Positions 10,029 through 19,864 of a stretch of 64,000 nucleotides of DNA are shown here, piece by piece. The notes under the pieces are model-generated. The model worked only from the letters and a program-made list of their open reading frames with translations, searched no databases and had not been told where the DNA came from. Source of the DNA: a virus (Duplodnaviria; Caudoviricetes); IMG/VR virus record IMGVR_UViG_3300037424_000434, positions 171,766 to 235,765 of that record; one strand, given 5' to 3'. Made by a program: the position numbers and the translations under genes. Each line of letters starts with the position of its first letter. The stretch's first letter is position 1.

Positions 10029-12459
10029 ACAAATATATGATTTTTATAAAAAACACCCAAAACATATAGGGAAAGTAAAAACACTGACACCCTTCGGGAT
10101 GAAGACCATTCAGGGCGCCGACATAACCGCATACAATAGTGAGATTATTTCAATATCAACAGACAGTAAATTATTGGAATGTTCGCCTAATCATAGAGTG
10201 AGATTCAACAACAAATGGGTACATGTCGTTGATTTGAGGTTGGGTGACTTGATTGATACCGTTGATGGTTCTGAAAGTGTTAATGGTATATCAAAGTTGG
10301 ACTTAAGAGAAGACTTATATGACTTTCAGGTAGAAGAAGTTCATCAATATTACACCAACGGTATACTGTCACACAACTCATCATTTCTAGAGGCGATTCC
10401 CTTTGCTATATTCGGCCAAACAGGGAAGGGGGTTCCTTTAAATAAGATCATTAACTGGAAAAACGGAAAAGCGGCAGAGACACGTCTTCATTTCCGAAAA
10501 GATGGGATCAAATACGAACTTCAAAGGGGAATAAAACCCGGAATATTAGAACTTATTAAAGATGGATCAAATGTACCCAAGTTGTCTGATAAGAGGATAT
10601 TTCAACAAGAGATAGAAACTGATCTTATTGGGATGGACTTTAGAGCAGCGCAGGCTATCCATTTCCAGAACGCAAACAATATGATTTCTATGTTCAATAC
10701 CCCAAAAGCCGATAAACGAAAATTTATCGAGAAATTCTTTAATCTAGAGGTGTATTCTCAATTAAATGAACTGGCTAACTCGAAGCTGCGTGGGATAGAG
10801 CTAAAACGCTCCGAATTGGATTCAGAGCGTTCTTTTAAACAAAAGAGGGCGGTAGAACTTGAAGATGAAATAAGACGTTGTATTGCACCAAACATTGAGG
10901 ACTATGAGCTATCTGTTGTTGCAGCAGAAGCCGCATTGAATGATTTTCGTTCATCAAACAAAGAAGCTTTGTTGTATAATGAAACCACTCTCAGCGAACA
11001 GTTCGAAAGTGTTCGCGCCACTGTTGAGGTGAAGCGAAAAGAACTTGACGTGTTAAGAGGTAAAATAAAGGCCATTGAGTTGGAATTAAGGGGTTTAGAG
11101 GTACAAAAAGCATCTTTAACCAAGCGTGTTATTGATATCGGGGATTTGAGTGCCCAGAGAGACAAGTTAAACCGATTAAGAGACGGGCTTGTTCTCATAG
11201 GGAACCTTGATATTCAAGCAGATGAGCACCGAAAAGCATTGGCCGCTCACTCACTTGACAAGGATATTATTGAAAAGAAAAAAACCGAACTACAGACTGA
11301 GATGAGGTTGGTGGAGAAAGAGATTCGTAAATGGCAGAGCACTAATATATTAGAGGATTCTGACTGCCCGACCTGTTTTCAGAAATCAAATCCCGAGCAC
11401 ATTAAAGTACATGTTGATACACAGGTACAATTCTATACCACCAAGTTCAACGAATTACAGGTTGAGCTTGAAACCCAGCTCGTTACACTCAGGGATGTTG
11501 TCGAAAAACTCACAAAAGCTCGTGAGGCTTTGACGCTGGTCGAAGATAAAAATTCCAAGAAAGTCGTTATTGAAAAGAGGATAGCAGAGTTATCAAATGT
11601 TTCGGAAAAAGAGGCAGAGTTAGTATCTATTAATATTCAATTAACGGAATGTGATAGTAAATTGACTGTTCTGTCGGCCAGCCATGCAACAGAAAATGGG
11701 TCAATACCCTTATTAGAAGCATCAGTTCTGAGGGCAAATTCTTTGGTTGAAGAGACTCAAAAGATGTTGGATACATATCGACGAGTTAGTGCTGAATATG
11801 TTAGAATGGTTGAGAAGGTCGAGTCGGAGAAAAAAATTCTAGCATCACAGAAAGAAATCGCCGAGAGAATCAAACTGGACCAAGAAGTTCGCATAGCCAG
11901 CAAAGCACAACTTGAGCTAGAACTTGCTGGATGGGATGCTCAGTACAAAAAACTTGATACAATGAAGGATTATTTGTCCTACATCAAAGAAACCTTGAAG
12001 GATGAGAATGTTAAACAGTATGCTATCAGTAACATTGTCCCGTTTGTGCAGAAACAGACCAATCATTACCTCGCAGAGACAGGCCATAATTATTATATTG
12101 AGCTAGACAATTGGCTGGAGGGAACAATTAAGGGATTCGGTGTTGGGGAGAGCGATTTTGGTAATATGTCTGGTGGGGAAGGTAAGAGCATAGATCTGGC
12201 GTTGAAATTCGCTATGATGGATGTAGCCAGAAGCCAAGCAGGATCTTATCTGGATATTTTGGTTCTGGATGAGTTATTGGACAGTTCCATTGATAGTTTT
12301 GGTCTGGAAAGAACCATTGACATAGTTCGGCTAAAACAAAGAGAGGATTTATTAAAAGTTTTTGTTGTTTCTCATAGGGACGAGATTGGCGCGTTTGATT
12401 TTGACCATACATATAACGTGGTCAAAGAGAATGGGTTTTCTGCTATATCGGTGGTCTGA
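10012..12459 (+). CDS. gp46: Split-intein C part (122 aa, ends HN at 10377) fused to gp46 C-fragment
   Basis: ECSPNHRV (block B), YDFQVEEVHQYYTNGILSHN|S (blocks F/G), then coiled coil, CPTC zinc hook, MSGGE signature and LVLDE Walker B. Confidence 0.93.
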   Translation: MKTTVKQIYDFYKKHPKHIGKVKTLTPFGMKTIQGADITAYNSEIISISTDSKLLECSPNHRVRFNNKWVHVVDLRLGDLIDTVDGSESVNGISKLDLREDLYDFQVEEVHQYYTNGILSHNSSFLEAIPFAIFGQTGKGVPLNKIINWKNGKAAETRLHFRKDGIKYELQRGIKPGILELIKDGSNVPKLSDKRIFQQEIETDLIGMDFRAAQAIHFQNANNMISMFNTPKADKRKFIEKFFNLEVYSQLNELANSKLRGIELKRSELDSERSFKQKRAVELEDEIRRCIAPNIEDYELSVVAAEAALNDFRSSNKEALLYNETTLSEQFESVRATVEVKRKELDVLRGKIKAIELELRGLEVQKASLTKRVIDIGDLSAQRDKLNRLRDGLVLIGNLDIQADEHRKALAAHSLDKDIIEKKKTELQTEMRLVEKEIRKWQSTNILEDSDCPTCFQKSNPEHIKVHVDTQVQFYTTKFNELQVELETQLVTLRDVVEKLTKAREALTLVEDKNSKKVVIEKRIAELSNVSEKEAELVSINIQLTECDSKLTVLSASHATENGSIPLLEASVLRANSLVEETQKMLDTYRRVSAEYVRMVEKVESEKKILASQKEIAERIKLDQEVRIASKAQLELELAGWDAQYKKLDTMKDYLSYIKETLKDENVKQYAISNIVPFVQKQTNHYLAETGHNYYIELDNWLEGTIKGFGVGESDFGNMSGGEGKSIDLALKFAMMDVARSQAGSYLDILVLDELLDSSIDSFGLERTIDIVRLKQREDLLKVFVVSHRDEIGAFDFDHTYNVVKENGFSAISVV

Positions 12460-12842
12460 TGGATCATTGTCACTATTGGAACAATAAACGAGTATGTATA
12501 GGGTTTGATTGTGACATATGTGATTATGCCAAAGAGTATCACAGGAAGAATTCTACATGTTTTTCTGCCCGTAAAATAGGATATGGTGGGGGGAAAAATT
12601 GCGGTGTATGCACCATCTGCTCTCATAGAGTATGTGTATACACACAAAAGCCATGTGTTCAATGTGAAGAATGTTTTGAGCCGTTCGGCATGGAGCAATG
12701 TGAATCATGCACAAACTTTGACCAAGAAGATGTTTTGTGGGTTAAACACAAAGATTGTAGATATGAAAGAAGGGCCGATTATGTCAGGGTACAGCGATAT
12801 TGGGACGAAAATGAGTTAGACGAGGATCTGTTTAGTGTATGA
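12459..12842 (+). CDS. Cys-rich hypothetical protein
   Basis: 127 aa with multiple CxxC. Confidence 0.6.
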   Translation: MDHCHYWNNKRVCIGFDCDICDYAKEYHRKNSTCFSARKIGYGGGKNCGVCTICSHRVCVYTQKPCVQCEECFEPFGMEQCESCTNFDQEDVLWVKHKDCRYERRADYVRVQRYWDENELDEDLFSV

Positions 12843-13247
12843 AATGTGTGGTAGCTGGTAGCAGAAAGATAGATGATTATCGGATACTGGATTGTTTGTT
12901 TACAACACACTTCTGGCGTGATAAGATAGTGGAAATAGTATCAGGGGGGGGCTAAAGGGGTTGATCGATTGGGAGAAATTTTAGCGGAATCAAGAGGATT
13001 GAAGTGCTCATTGTTCCCCGCAGATTGGGAAAAGTATGGGAGAAAAGCGGGATATTTGCGCAACGATCAAATGGCAAGATATACCGATGTTGCGATAATT
13101 TTGTGGGATGGCCAGAGTCGTGGTACAAAGCATATGATTGATTTGATGATGAAATACGACAAGCCATGTGACATACATATCATCAAAAATGGAATATTAG
13201 ATAAACCCAACCATTTTGAAGAGAGCTTGTTTTGGGTGTGGGAGTAA
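12839..13247 (+). pseudogene. SLOG / DUF2493-like protein with a frameshift in a G8 tract (12944-12951)
   Basis: MKCVVAGSR...EIVSGG from ATG 12839 hits TAA at 12953. AKGVDRLGE...PADWEKYGRKAGYLRNDQMA...WDGQSRGTKHM continues in the next frame. Confidence 0.8.
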
Positions 13248-13358
13248 ATAGCATCAAAAGTGTGGGGATATTGATTACCATAAAAGAAGGAATCCGATGT
13301 TAATAGTGATATCGGTATATATTTACATTAATCAACAATAAAAGAGAGGAATTAAAGC

Positions 13359-13832
13359 ATGGCGAGTCGATTTGAAGAAGCAACAAGTGATGTGGTAGCG
13401 CAAGTAAACGAGGTTGTTAGGACCAAGTTTCCCAGCCTCAGTGGATGTCTTATTGAGGTTGTGATGGACACAAAAAAGCGCAAATCGGGGGGTAAATATA
13501 GTCTAGTCAAGCTGGACAAGGCATCCCCTATCATCAAGCATATTTCGGCGGATAATACCAATGAGTTTGGTTTGGATTATATTTTATACATCGACCAGAA
13601 GGTATATAACGAGTTGAGCGAATCTGACCGTATCCGTCTCATTTCTCATGGTCTTTATCATTCTGACGTGGATTTTGAAAAAGAAAATCCATATGCTTGT
13701 CGTAAACCAACGGTACAGACGTTCTGCGAAGAAATTCACGACAATGAGGACGACCCTCGTTGGGCGGAACGTCTTGATCTGATCGCGGAGGGTGTGTATG
13801 AGCGCGAGGCCGAAGCCAATGGGGAAGCATAA
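13359..13832 (+). CDS. Putative phage metallopeptidase-like protein
   Basis: KKRKSGGK...DYILYID..VY...RLISHGLYH resembles the phage metallopeptidase family, but HExxH reads HGLYH. Confidence 0.5.
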   Translation: MASRFEEATSDVVAQVNEVVRTKFPSLSGCLIEVVMDTKKRKSGGKYSLVKLDKASPIIKHISADNTNEFGLDYILYIDQKVYNELSESDRIRLISHGLYHSDVDFEKENPYACRKPTVQTFCEEIHDNEDDPRWAERLDLIAEGVYEREAEANGEA

Positions 13833-14280
13833 AGACGACGAGGATGTTGAACGAGCAAAATACATGCTCACACCAGAAGACTTTGATGGGGGGTTCCATA
13901 ACGTGGAACCTCCCGCAGAGTTCTATGCAGAAGAAGAGAAGAAAGCATCTGAAGCAGAAACCTTTATTGGTATGGATGACAGTTTCAACGGTATCCCACA
14001 CAAAACTGACAGGGTACAAGTAGTATTTTCTCCCGAGGAGTTGGTGATTTTGACCCAAGTTTTGGAGAATTATTCCACCCATATAATAGGGGTGGAATAT
14101 GTGTACGAAGAACTTGGATACGACGAAATATATCAACACCAAACACTTGTACGCGGACTAAGAGATGTTGTCAATGACACATTAGAGCATTACATAAAAG
14201 TTAGACCCTATAGCCCTTTTATTGTTCCATGGGTTAATCGAATAGGTAAAGGAAAAATCCGCAACAAAGGGCAGAAATGA
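13792..14280 (+). CDS. Hypothetical protein
   Basis: ORF in operon. Confidence 0.55.
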   Translation: MCMSARPKPMGKHKDDEDVERAKYMLTPEDFDGGFHNVEPPAEFYAEEEKKASEAETFIGMDDSFNGIPHKTDRVQVVFSPEELVILTQVLENYSTHIIGVEYVYEELGYDEIYQHQTLVRGLRDVVNDTLEHYIKVRPYSPFIVPWVNRIGKGKIRNKGQK

Positions 14281-14489
14281 TGTTTGGTTGTAGATTTGGG
14301 TTTCATAAATTTGTGCCATATAGATACAACTGGGTAGAATATATGCCTACCCAGCAAAACCCTAGGTTCAGTAAAGAAGGGGCAGAGATTTTGTCGCATG
14401 TATATTGTACTGTGTGTGGTGAGATTCGGGAGGTGATGAATGTTGAGGGAAAAATGGTTAAATACGTCAGACCTGCGAAGAGCGTTTGA
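14277..14489 (+). CDS. Hypothetical protein
   Basis: 70 aa, ATGA coupling. Confidence 0.55.
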   Translation: MMFGCRFGFHKFVPYRYNWVEYMPTQQNPRFSKEGAEILSHVYCTVCGEIREVMNVEGKMVKYVRPAKSV

Positions 14490-15012
14490 GTATGCAAACG
14501 CAACAGGGAAGGGGTTTTCGCGAATATTGTTTTTGTGTCCTAAAGGCTCAGGAAAGACTACCGCTTTGTTTGAAATTTTTTTACAAACCCCTGACTCGGT
14601 GTTTCTTACACCCTATGGAAGTCATTTAAATCATTTACGTCAGCGGGCTGATAGAATAGAATATGGCCGAGGATCTAACCTGAAACCAATGTATGATATA
14701 TTACCGTTCACCAATACAAGTCCTTTGGGTAGGGGACATAGACCGATTTCCTGTGTGTTTATAGATGATTTGGATCGATGTATACATTCTTTTATAGCGT
14801 CGTATCAACACCTAGTATCCAATATAACATCAACCAACAGTTCCAGACGGGGTATAATGGCAACCATGACTCCCAGAGAAGACAGGAACATAAACTATCA
14901 GGGGTTTTTTGACTATATCAAGCGCCCCTTTTCCCCTGATCAAGATTCGTCCATTGACAAAAAGGATTTTTACAGAACAGACCATTTTGAGGGAGACTTG
15001 TTTAAAGTATGA
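14440..15012 (+). CDS. P-loop NTPase-like protein
   Basis: CPKGSGKTT Walker A and VFIDD Walker B-like. Confidence 0.55.
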   Translation: MLREKWLNTSDLRRAFEYANATGKGFSRILFLCPKGSGKTTALFEIFLQTPDSVFLTPYGSHLNHLRQRADRIEYGRGSNLKPMYDILPFTNTSPLGRGHRPISCVFIDDLDRCIHSFIASYQHLVSNITSTNSSRRGIMATMTPREDRNINYQGFFDYIKRPFSPDQDSSIDKKDFYRTDHFEGDLFKV

Positions 15013-15395
15013 ACGATAAAAGAACAGATGGGGTGGATTATGAATATAATGTTCCACCCAACAAGTCCGAGGATACACTAACAGCGTCTTGTATTAGCTA
15101 CTTACGGGACAAAGGATTGACCGTATACAAAGCAACCAATCCTTTAGTTATATACGAAGACAGAATTATCAACATGCAGACCTTTTTGATGTTGCGTGGT
15201 GATATAAACGAGGCTATGGATGAGGTGTATGAGAAAATTGTAATCAAAAATCCAAAAATAGTGTTGGTCCATTCAGTCAAACAAACATATAATTTTATAT
15301 CAAAAGATGTTGCTGTGAAATCAAATCTGTCTTTTGATGATTCCTGTGTGGATGAATATAGATATATTAGATATGGAGTAATTGAAAATGAGTAA
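15009..15395 (+). CDS. Hypothetical protein
   Basis: 128 aa, ATGA coupling. Confidence 0.55.
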   Translation: MNDKRTDGVDYEYNVPPNKSEDTLTASCISYLRDKGLTVYKATNPLVIYEDRIINMQTFLMLRGDINEAMDEVYEKIVIKNPKIVLVHSVKQTYNFISKDVAVKSNLSFDDSCVDEYRYIRYGVIENE

Positions 15396-15897
15396 ACCAT
15401 TAACAGAAGGATCAACTATGGGTGGAATGTCACCAAAGAAACAAGATAGTGCATTTTCAATGCGACCACCTATGCCACGACTAATGACCCCAAAAACGAA
15501 AATGTCATTGCGCGAACAAGATTGGTTGGAATTCTCTGATCGTGTAGCCAAACATTTGAGAGAATACACCGTTCCTCAATATGGAGATAAGCCCGATGAC
15601 GAAATATCAAGATATTCGGTGGAGGTTTGTGTTGAAGCTGTTGCGAAATATGCAAAACGTTACGACAAGCAAAGCAGACAGGGACAACAGGAGCTGGATT
15701 TTGTGAAAATGGCACATTATGCTCAATGTGCATGGGAGAAGTACAACAAAATCCCGGTAATACACGCTGCATATAAACTAATCCCGTATGACACAAAATG
15801 GACAGAAGAGGATGTAGCAAAGAATAGTGGTATGGAATATATCGGAAAGTTCACCTTCAACGGTGCGGTAAAATATGTATACAAGGAGTTAGTATGA
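15382..15897 (+). CDS. Hypothetical protein
   Basis: 171 aa ORF. Confidence 0.55.
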   Translation: MKMSKPLTEGSTMGGMSPKKQDSAFSMRPPMPRLMTPKTKMSLREQDWLEFSDRVAKHLREYTVPQYGDKPDDEISRYSVEVCVEAVAKYAKRYDKQSRQGQQELDFVKMAHYAQCAWEKYNKIPVIHAAYKLIPYDTKWTEEDVAKNSGMEYIGKFTFNGAVKYVYKELV

Positions 15898-16250
15898 GCG
15901 AAAGCGAGAGTCAATTTCAAAAATTTTTAGAAGAAGACCTAATTGAAGAAGTTGTATTTGAAATGGTCAATGAAAATCCCAGTAATCATGGGAAGGGATT
16001 TCGAACATATAAAATCACCCCATACTGGAAACCAGACATGGCCCCAGAAGGGTTTTCGGATTTTTATTTTGAGACAGATATATACTGGTCGCCCTTTGAA
16101 ACCGAATATTTTGATCAACTGGATCATTATACTCATGGCGCGGCCTATGCTTTTATTGGATATGATCACGACGAGGAGGTCAAAAAGTTCGAAATCGATT
16201 GTAAAAAAGTATATGATGAGGAAATTTCGCCCATATCCGGCGACGAATAG
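15894..16250 (+). CDS. Hypothetical acidic protein
   Basis: 118 aa, coupled. Confidence 0.55.
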   Translation: MSESESQFQKFLEEDLIEEVVFEMVNENPSNHGKGFRTYKITPYWKPDMAPEGFSDFYFETDIYWSPFETEYFDQLDHYTHGAAYAFIGYDHDEEVKKFEIDCKKVYDEEISPISGDE

Positions 16251-16269
16251 AGGATTGTAAAATATATAA

Positions 16270-16277
16270 TATAAATA
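16270..16277 (+). promoter_or_regulatory. T4-type late promoter upstream of uvsX
   Basis: TATAAATA(CTTG) in the intergenic gap. Confidence 0.6.
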
Positions 16278-16345
16278 CTTGGGAATAGTTGGTTTACAAA
16301 TGTGTTAATATTTATTATAATAAGTAAAAAAATGTGAGGTAGAAT

Positions 16346-17455
16346 ATGTCCAATACGTTTGATTTAATTAAAGAAAAACTGGAAAAGGCGGCAAAAGGCG
16401 ATAGGATGATGATTCTAAGTGAATCAGAAAATGCCGCGCCGATAGTGTATATACCAACAGAAGCATACGACCTGAACAGAATCCTGTCAGGCTCATTGTA
16501 CCACGGGGTTGCAAGTCGAACCCATACCCTATTAGTGGGACCAGAAGCATCTGGTAAATCTTCCTTTATGTGTCTTAATCTCGCAGCCGCCCAAAAAATG
16601 GGTTATACCCCCGTTGTTATTGATGCCGAGGGAGCATGGACAAAAAAGTTCTGTGAACGATGGGGTATTGATACCACAAGAGCGTTTATAATTTCTACTC
16701 CATGGGTAGAAGAAATTATGATAGAGCTTGCTAAGATCATTGATGAGGGTTGGACTAGATTGGCTATTGCGTTTGATTCCATTGGTGCGGTTGAGTCACT
16801 TAAGATGATCGACGATGTTACCGGCAAGGGGAAGCGGGGAGAAGTTGTTGCCGATCAGGGAGGGTTGCAGAAGAAAATCAAACGTCTTATGAAAATGTTG
16901 GTTGATATCACCAAGCGCCAAGACTCTGTTTCTTATTCTGCTGGACATTACTATGGTAACCCAACAGGATATGGAGAACCAGAAAAGATCGGTGGGGGAT
17001 TTTACCCGAGACTCGCCGCAGATTACATCATAACTCTGAAAAAAGCTCTTATCCACGAAAACCCCACAGCAAAAACTGCGGCAGAAAAAGGGGATGTCGT
17101 TGGTACCAGAATATATGCTGCAACGATAAAAAATAGATACGCACCACCCTTTCAGGAGGCAGTGTTTGAAATCTCATATCATAATGGTGTACAACGATTG
17201 GCTGGTATCATTGATGTAGCCAAAGAAATGGGTATTATTGATCAATCAGGCGCATGGTATACAGTTCCATGTCTGGGGATAAAATCCCAAGGCCAAGGTA
17301 ACCTAGAAAAAGACCTCGAAAATGTTGATATCCAACCCCTGTTTGATGAGATTGAAAAAATTCTGGAAGGTAGAGGATACAGCAGTGCTAAAGATGAATT
17401 GAAGGTTTTGGCTGATGTTGTTGATGGGGTGACACCCACAGAAGTGCTATCATGA
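16346..17455 (+). CDS. uvsX: UvsX/RecA-like recombinase
   Basis: LNRILSGSL..G, GPEASGKS, IDAEGA, FDSIGA, GGFYP, KNRYAPPFQEA. Confidence 0.92.
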   Translation: MSNTFDLIKEKLEKAAKGDRMMILSESENAAPIVYIPTEAYDLNRILSGSLYHGVASRTHTLLVGPEASGKSSFMCLNLAAAQKMGYTPVVIDAEGAWTKKFCERWGIDTTRAFIISTPWVEEIMIELAKIIDEGWTRLAIAFDSIGAVESLKMIDDVTGKGKRGEVVADQGGLQKKIKRLMKMLVDITKRQDSVSYSAGHYYGNPTGYGEPEKIGGGFYPRLAADYIITLKKALIHENPTAKTAAEKGDVVGTRIYAATIKNRYAPPFQEAVFEISYHNGVQRLAGIIDVAKEMGIIDQSGAWYTVPCLGIKSQGQGNLEKDLENVDIQPLFDEIEKILEGRGYSSAKDELKVLADVVDGVTPTEVLS

Positions 17456-17637
17456 CCTCAGAAGAAAGAAGTGATGCACTTGAGTTGATAGCTCGGCGGT
17501 TAGAATCAAAAAATAGATCAAAGAAATCTGAAGAGGTTCTTCGTGAATTGTATGAACTTGTCGATGATTATAATGCTTTTATACGAGATATGGACGTGAG
17601 ATTCGACAAGATATTGATACGGGTGGAGAATCTATGA
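17452..17637 (+). CDS. Hypothetical protein
   Basis: 61 aa, coupled. Confidence 0.5.
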   Translation: MTSEERSDALELIARRLESKNRSKKSEEVLRELYELVDDYNAFIRDMDVRFDKILIRVENL

Positions 17638-17861
17638 ACATACAAGAATTTCGATTACTACCACAATATAAGGATATGTCGCGAACCAATGGTTTAAAAG
17701 TAGGTGATAAATTCCTGACTGGCGCAAGAGTATTAAACCAAGTTGACAGCAAACACGTCAATGACATGATTACATACTATGTTGTGATACAAGTTCAAAC
17801 AAATGGTAATATTAGTTATAAACAAGAGATGGAGAGATTAACCGGACAAGAGGAGGAGTAA
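17634..17861 (+). CDS. Hypothetical protein
   Basis: 75 aa, coupled. Confidence 0.5.
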   Translation: MNIQEFRLLPQYKDMSRTNGLKVGDKFLTGARVLNQVDSKHVNDMITYYVVIQVQTNGNISYKQEMERLTGQEEE

Positions 17862-17865
17862 CTAG

Positions 17866-18195
17866 ATGGTGGCAATACAGGTGTTTGTAATAAGTTATGA
17901 AACAAAGGTTTCGACGTTCAAGGCGTATTTGTTGGCAGAGTCAAAAGCGGATGCAATGTCTTATCTTAAAGCAGAGATGGGAGACCAAGAGGGATTTAGA
18001 ATCAACAATTTTGAGTCCCGAGAAGAAATACACGCAATCACTACTCAAGTATTAGACAAGATTCGTGGACCAAAACAGGAAGCAAAAGTTGTGGAGAATG
18101 TTAAGTTGCTTTGCCCGTGGTGTGAGTCAACCGATTATTTGTCGAATCATGCATTAAAGATGCATATAGTTAAAGCACACAAAAAGGAGAAGTAA
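17866..18195 (+). CDS. Hypothetical protein with C2H2 zinc finger
   Basis: CPWC...LKMHIVKAH. Confidence 0.6.
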   Translation: MVAIQVFVISYETKVSTFKAYLLAESKADAMSYLKAEMGDQEGFRINNFESREEIHAITTQVLDKIRGPKQEAKVVENVKLLCPWCESTDYLSNHALKMHIVKAHKKEK

Positions 18196-18272
18196 TGGAA
18201 CCGGGACGGGTTGATATTGGGAACTTGCCGAAAAACAAAGCAGAAGAATATATCAAAAAAGGATTATATTGA
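18195..18272 (+). CDS. 25-aa mini-ORF MEPGRVDIGNLPKNKAEEYIKKGLY
   Basis: TAATG coupling upstream, TGATG coupling downstream, AGGAG RBS. Too short for the ORF track. Confidence 0.55.
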   Translation: MEPGRVDIGNLPKNKAEEYIKKGLY

Positions 18273-19123
18273 TGAAGATATCCGTTAATAACATTGATTC
18301 CTTGTTGAGAGTTGAACTTAGCAAAATTGCTAGTATTGTCGATATTGATGATGCTAGCAATGGTCTTTTTCTTATATGGACCAATGCAGACGAAAAGGAG
18401 ATGTTTGACAGGCAGACCCACCTGATCACAACTGCTATCAACAAAAAGATGCCTATCATTATTTTTGACAAATATCAAACCATGGACCCGGATGAAATAT
18501 CGTTTATGATGAAGTCAGGGGTTTTTCTGTGGGAACCTGCTGTGGCTGATAGGATGTTCTTTTCATTTCAGCCTGTTTGGGGTAGGTTGCGGTTAACACC
18601 CCAAGACATTCCATGGGACTTTGATTCGGAAAAAAGACCCATAGATCTCGCGTATATGTCATCGATGATACAAAAAATGCCCACGTTCAAAAAATACTTC
18701 GCTCCCATCGCAGAGATTGGCGAATTTAGAGTTTACTATTTCGACAAGATTGGGAGCGAGAACATTAACAGAAAGATAGAAGAAATCGGTGTTACAGTGG
18801 GGCCTCAGACCAATATCAACAAAACAAAAATGACGCTTTTACTGGGAACCGATCAAGATTATAGAGTTGGCAGACTTGACCCCAAATTATTTGAGTATCT
18901 TGAGGCTGGTATAGTTCCAATGTTACCCGTGGAGCATAGATGGTATCATAGTGTTTTTAGAGATTTGACCGTTGATGGCGAAGATCAAATCGAATATTTT
19001 CTCCGAACAGTTGACAGGATAGGCTTTGGGTCAGTCTATGAGATATACCAGAACATCAACGACAACTTACCCGAAGCGGATGTGATTAATGTGGCAAAGA
19101 GAATAAAGACCTTTTTTGAATAA
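18269..19123 (+). CDS. Putative GT-B glycosyltransferase-like protein
   Basis: C-terminal GRLDPKLFEYLEAGIVPML resembles the nucleotide-sugar binding motif of GT-B enzymes. Confidence 0.4.
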   Translation: MMKISVNNIDSLLRVELSKIASIVDIDDASNGLFLIWTNADEKEMFDRQTHLITTAINKKMPIIIFDKYQTMDPDEISFMMKSGVFLWEPAVADRMFFSFQPVWGRLRLTPQDIPWDFDSEKRPIDLAYMSSMIQKMPTFKKYFAPIAEIGEFRVYYFDKIGSENINRKIEEIGVTVGPQTNINKTKMTLLLGTDQDYRVGRLDPKLFEYLEAGIVPMLPVEHRWYHSVFRDLTVDGEDQIEYFLRTVDRIGFGSVYEIYQNINDNLPEADVINVAKRIKTFFE

Positions 19124-19126
19124 AAC

Positions 19127-19154
19127 AAAAGCCCCTAGAAGATTAGGGGCTTTT
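19127..19154 (+). terminator. Intrinsic terminator
   Basis: AAAAGCCCCTAG-AAGA-TTAGGGGCTTTT. Confidence 0.85.
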
Positions 19155-19221
19155 AATTTGATAACCTAAATACCTAAAATCAAAAGATTTTTCGCTTTTT
19201 TGTTTACATCAAAGACAAAGT

Positions 19222-19581
19222 ATGTCATGCTTGTATATGTTACAATTGCGAATAAAAGGAAAAGGTGATTTTATGGAATTTAAGTACACGGACAAAGGCA
19301 CGTGTTTGATTGAGATAAACACGAGTGTGTATATGTCGTTCGGTGATGCAGAAGAAATTCGATTTGTCCATGTTAAGTATTCAACTCCCCACACTTCGAT
19401 ATCACGGATGTTTCCTATACCGCTATCAAAACTACCAAAGGACTGTACCACATCTTTTGGCAAAAAGAACATCAAACAGATTAGAGAGCTATTGCAAAAA
19501 TTTTCTGTTGGCGGTACTCTGGACAGAAAACATCTAAAGAAAATCGGAGACGCTATAAATCGTGCAGAAAAAAGTAAATGA
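19222..19581 (+). CDS. Hypothetical protein
   Basis: 119 aa. The true start is probably the ATG after AAGGTG. Confidence 0.5.
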   Translation: MSCLYMLQLRIKGKGDFMEFKYTDKGTCLIEINTSVYMSFGDAEEIRFVHVKYSTPHTSISRMFPIPLSKLPKDCTTSFGKKNIKQIRELLQKFSVGGTLDRKHLKKIGDAINRAEKSK

Positions 19582-19795
19582 TTGTTTGTATATCAGACCC
19601 TCCATTGAAAGCATTGACCTTGCAAAAGAAATATGCGACACTCACCTATTTCTCACAACACATATCACAATGTTGAGTGTGAGAAATTTCCTAGTAATCA
19701 TGCATGACCCAAACCATAGATGTTTTGTTTGTAAACAGATCCATACCGCAAACAAAACAGAAAAAATTCTTTTTTAAAGTAACCTGTATTTTTTG

Positions 19796-19824
19796 TTGAC
19801 AGGGCAGGATTTTGGTGTTATGGT
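19796..19824 (+). promoter_or_regulatory. sigma70-type promoter for the clpB block
   Basis: TTGACA-N17-TATGGT. Confidence 0.8.
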
Positions 19825-19864
19825 GTAGTTGTGGTTAACGAAATCCCAAACAAAAGGACAAAAA

